A stretch of 64,000 nucleotides of DNA from the NCBI RefSeq assembly GCF_037042905.1, contig NC_087246.1:8308001-8372000 (forward strand), in the 5' to 3' direction. The notes beneath the pieces are model-generated. The model did not search any database, was not told the origin of the DNA, and worked only from the letters and a program-made list of their open reading frames with translations. Position 1 is the stretch's first letter. Each line of letters begins with the position of its first letter. Source of the stretch: Lytechinus pictus. Its lineage: Eukaryota. Below are positions 61,876 to 64,000 of the stretch, in pieces. Made by a program: the position numbers and the translations under genes.

Positions 61876-64000
61876 CTGAACGCGTGCAAAGGTGCAAAGT
61901 TTGCAATAATAAGAAACATAGACCACAATACAATGTGAACTATATGACACATTTAGTCAACCCCACACAAGTCAAACTTGAATAAGTCTGAATAGGTCAA
62001 AAATGGTTGAGTCAAAGTAAATCTTGATCTCATCCATGTAAATTAAGTCTTGTCTTAGTCACAAATTATTCCAAAATTTCCAATTTCTTTCAATCTTTTG
62101 TACACAGTTTGTTGAAGACAATAGTTGTAATTTATTGTACAATTGATTGGATTTTACAGAGTACAGGGCATTATTGGCTGACCAAATAGAGTTGACTTAT
62201 GTAAAGTTCACTGTATAACAAAGCAAGACTGCCTCACGTAATACAAATCATACATTAAGAACAAATTAAAGGAACAGGAACAGATGTATAATATAAGACT
62301 AAATGACATGAAATACATGTTCAATTTGGGGAAGAGGCTACTTATTCTGGGAATTTTCTTGAGAAAATTTGTAATTGCTAGACAAAGGGAATCCTGAAAC
62401 ACCTTTGCCACTTAGAAACTTAGATAGGACGTTTATAAAGATTCTGGACCATCTTCTGGAAAAATAATTTGTAAAGAATAATTTTTACAATTATAATAAT
62501 GTATACACATGTGACTGATTTTAAACATAACATTGGATACATCAAATTCTAAGTCTTGTGGCCACACACCAACGAAAACAACAATGACCAAAATCAAGAA
62601 CTGCCTAACATAGCTGTGAGGCAAAACACCTACAACAGGACTAAAAGCCTGCAACAACAAACTAGCAACAAAGTGTACAACAAAGATTCGGTACAAACAC
62701 CAGCTGCTCAGATACAATTTTACTTAATTTAAAGTGTAGAGTATGAGCAACATGCCATGTCCATTATGACTATCCCAATAACACAACGCAGTAGGTGAGA
62801 GTGTTCCCTGAAACTAGGACAATCCTAGCATAATCCAAAGAAAGACAATGATATGAAAACTAATGACCAAAGAGCAGAATATTCTGAAACTGTATTCCAT
62901 GTGTCGAAAAGTGAATGATTACGTTTTATAGACAAGTGTCATGTAACATGAAATAAATAGTGATTGATTATGGGTTTTATTTTCATGATTCATCATATAC
63001 AATGAGATTAGATTAATCATAGAAATCAGCTCCATAATCAATCGCTAAGCTTCATGTTACAGGGTTCAGAAATAAGAGCCAAACATGAATGCATTAATCA
63101 TCAGAGATGAATCCCCATTCAAAGTTAAAACCAGCCTTGAGTATTTCATGGAGGACAATATTATTTTGTTGAAATTTTATTGGTGTTTATAAATCCTTCT
63201 ATCAAAATAATCAAGATAAATATTGATTGAGTGATGTCTCAATAAGTACCGTATTCAAATGACCAAGAACACAAAGACCACAAAGACTTAAGTTGACAAG
63301 CATGTTAGATTTTTTTTTAAAGAAAAGGAGGAGGTATGAATATGGATGACTGCTGACTACTCATAATAGGTAACATGACATAAGATTACATAAAAATGAC
63401 ACAGGTATGACATACTACAATAGGTACTACCACACAGGTACGGATACAGCCCAATTAGACACAATAGTTTTGAGAGGTTGACTATTGTTAAAAAACAATA
63501 TGGCCCCTGAAATAGTATTGTGTCTAATGTGGCTAGAACTGTGCCTGCTCCCACAAACCATATGAATGAACAGTGCAAGACAGAATATTGCCAACCTCCA
63601 ACATGAATATGTGTACAGTAATCCAATGAAAGAAAGAAGTCTTGACCATTTAATAAAACCAGCATACCAACCCCAAATGAAACTATCAATTGCGTGCCAA
63701 GAAAGAAAGTGAGATATAGGAAGATGAATGCAATTCATGCCAGTCAGAAAGAAATAACTTACTTCTGGTAACTAATTCAGAGAAACACAATAATGATAAC
63801 AAATGAAGAAATTATAACAGTCATGCATTCAATGAAAAAGAAGAGGGGTTGATGATGTAATTGAAGAAACTTAGAAATCATGCTGTTTATGTGAGAGGAA
63901 ATCATGATGATACAAGATTCACAAAATAAATGGGATGGACAAGTTTTTTTTCATTTCCATCCTTCTTGTTACCTCCTCGAGAAAAGATGGCCGAAAGTCT

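Overview
This is AT-rich animal genomic DNA. The SINE and MITE repertoire suggests an echinoderm such as a sea urchin (inference). There are two convergent intron-containing genes. (1) A complete + strand AidB/acdh-11-type acyl-CoA dehydrogenase gene (ATG 10492 to stop 47674, 12 coding exon positions, about 657 aa). (2) The 3' part of a - strand EFCAB5-like gene (conserved exons 59770 to 54121). The main discovery is that exon 7 of the dehydrogenase is present as THREE tandem, intact, diverged 95-nt copies (43135-43229, 43267-43361, 43401-43495). They are separated by only 37 and 39 nt, and two have GC donors. This is a hard-wired mutually exclusive exon cassette covering the helix that lines the acyl-CoA substrate pocket. 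Intron 1 (21.7 kb) is almost entirely a nested stack of DNA transposons, each with matching termini and TSD: Harbinger MITE > TGT..ACA Ginger-like element > P-like element > intact Sola2 transposon (861-aa transposase) > Tc1/mariner MITE, with side insertions of a CACAGTG-ended Transib-type MITE and several hAT and CACTA MITEs. A young non-coding LTR retroelement with a tRNA-Ser PBS occupies 145-4609. An assembly gap lies at 9153-9284.
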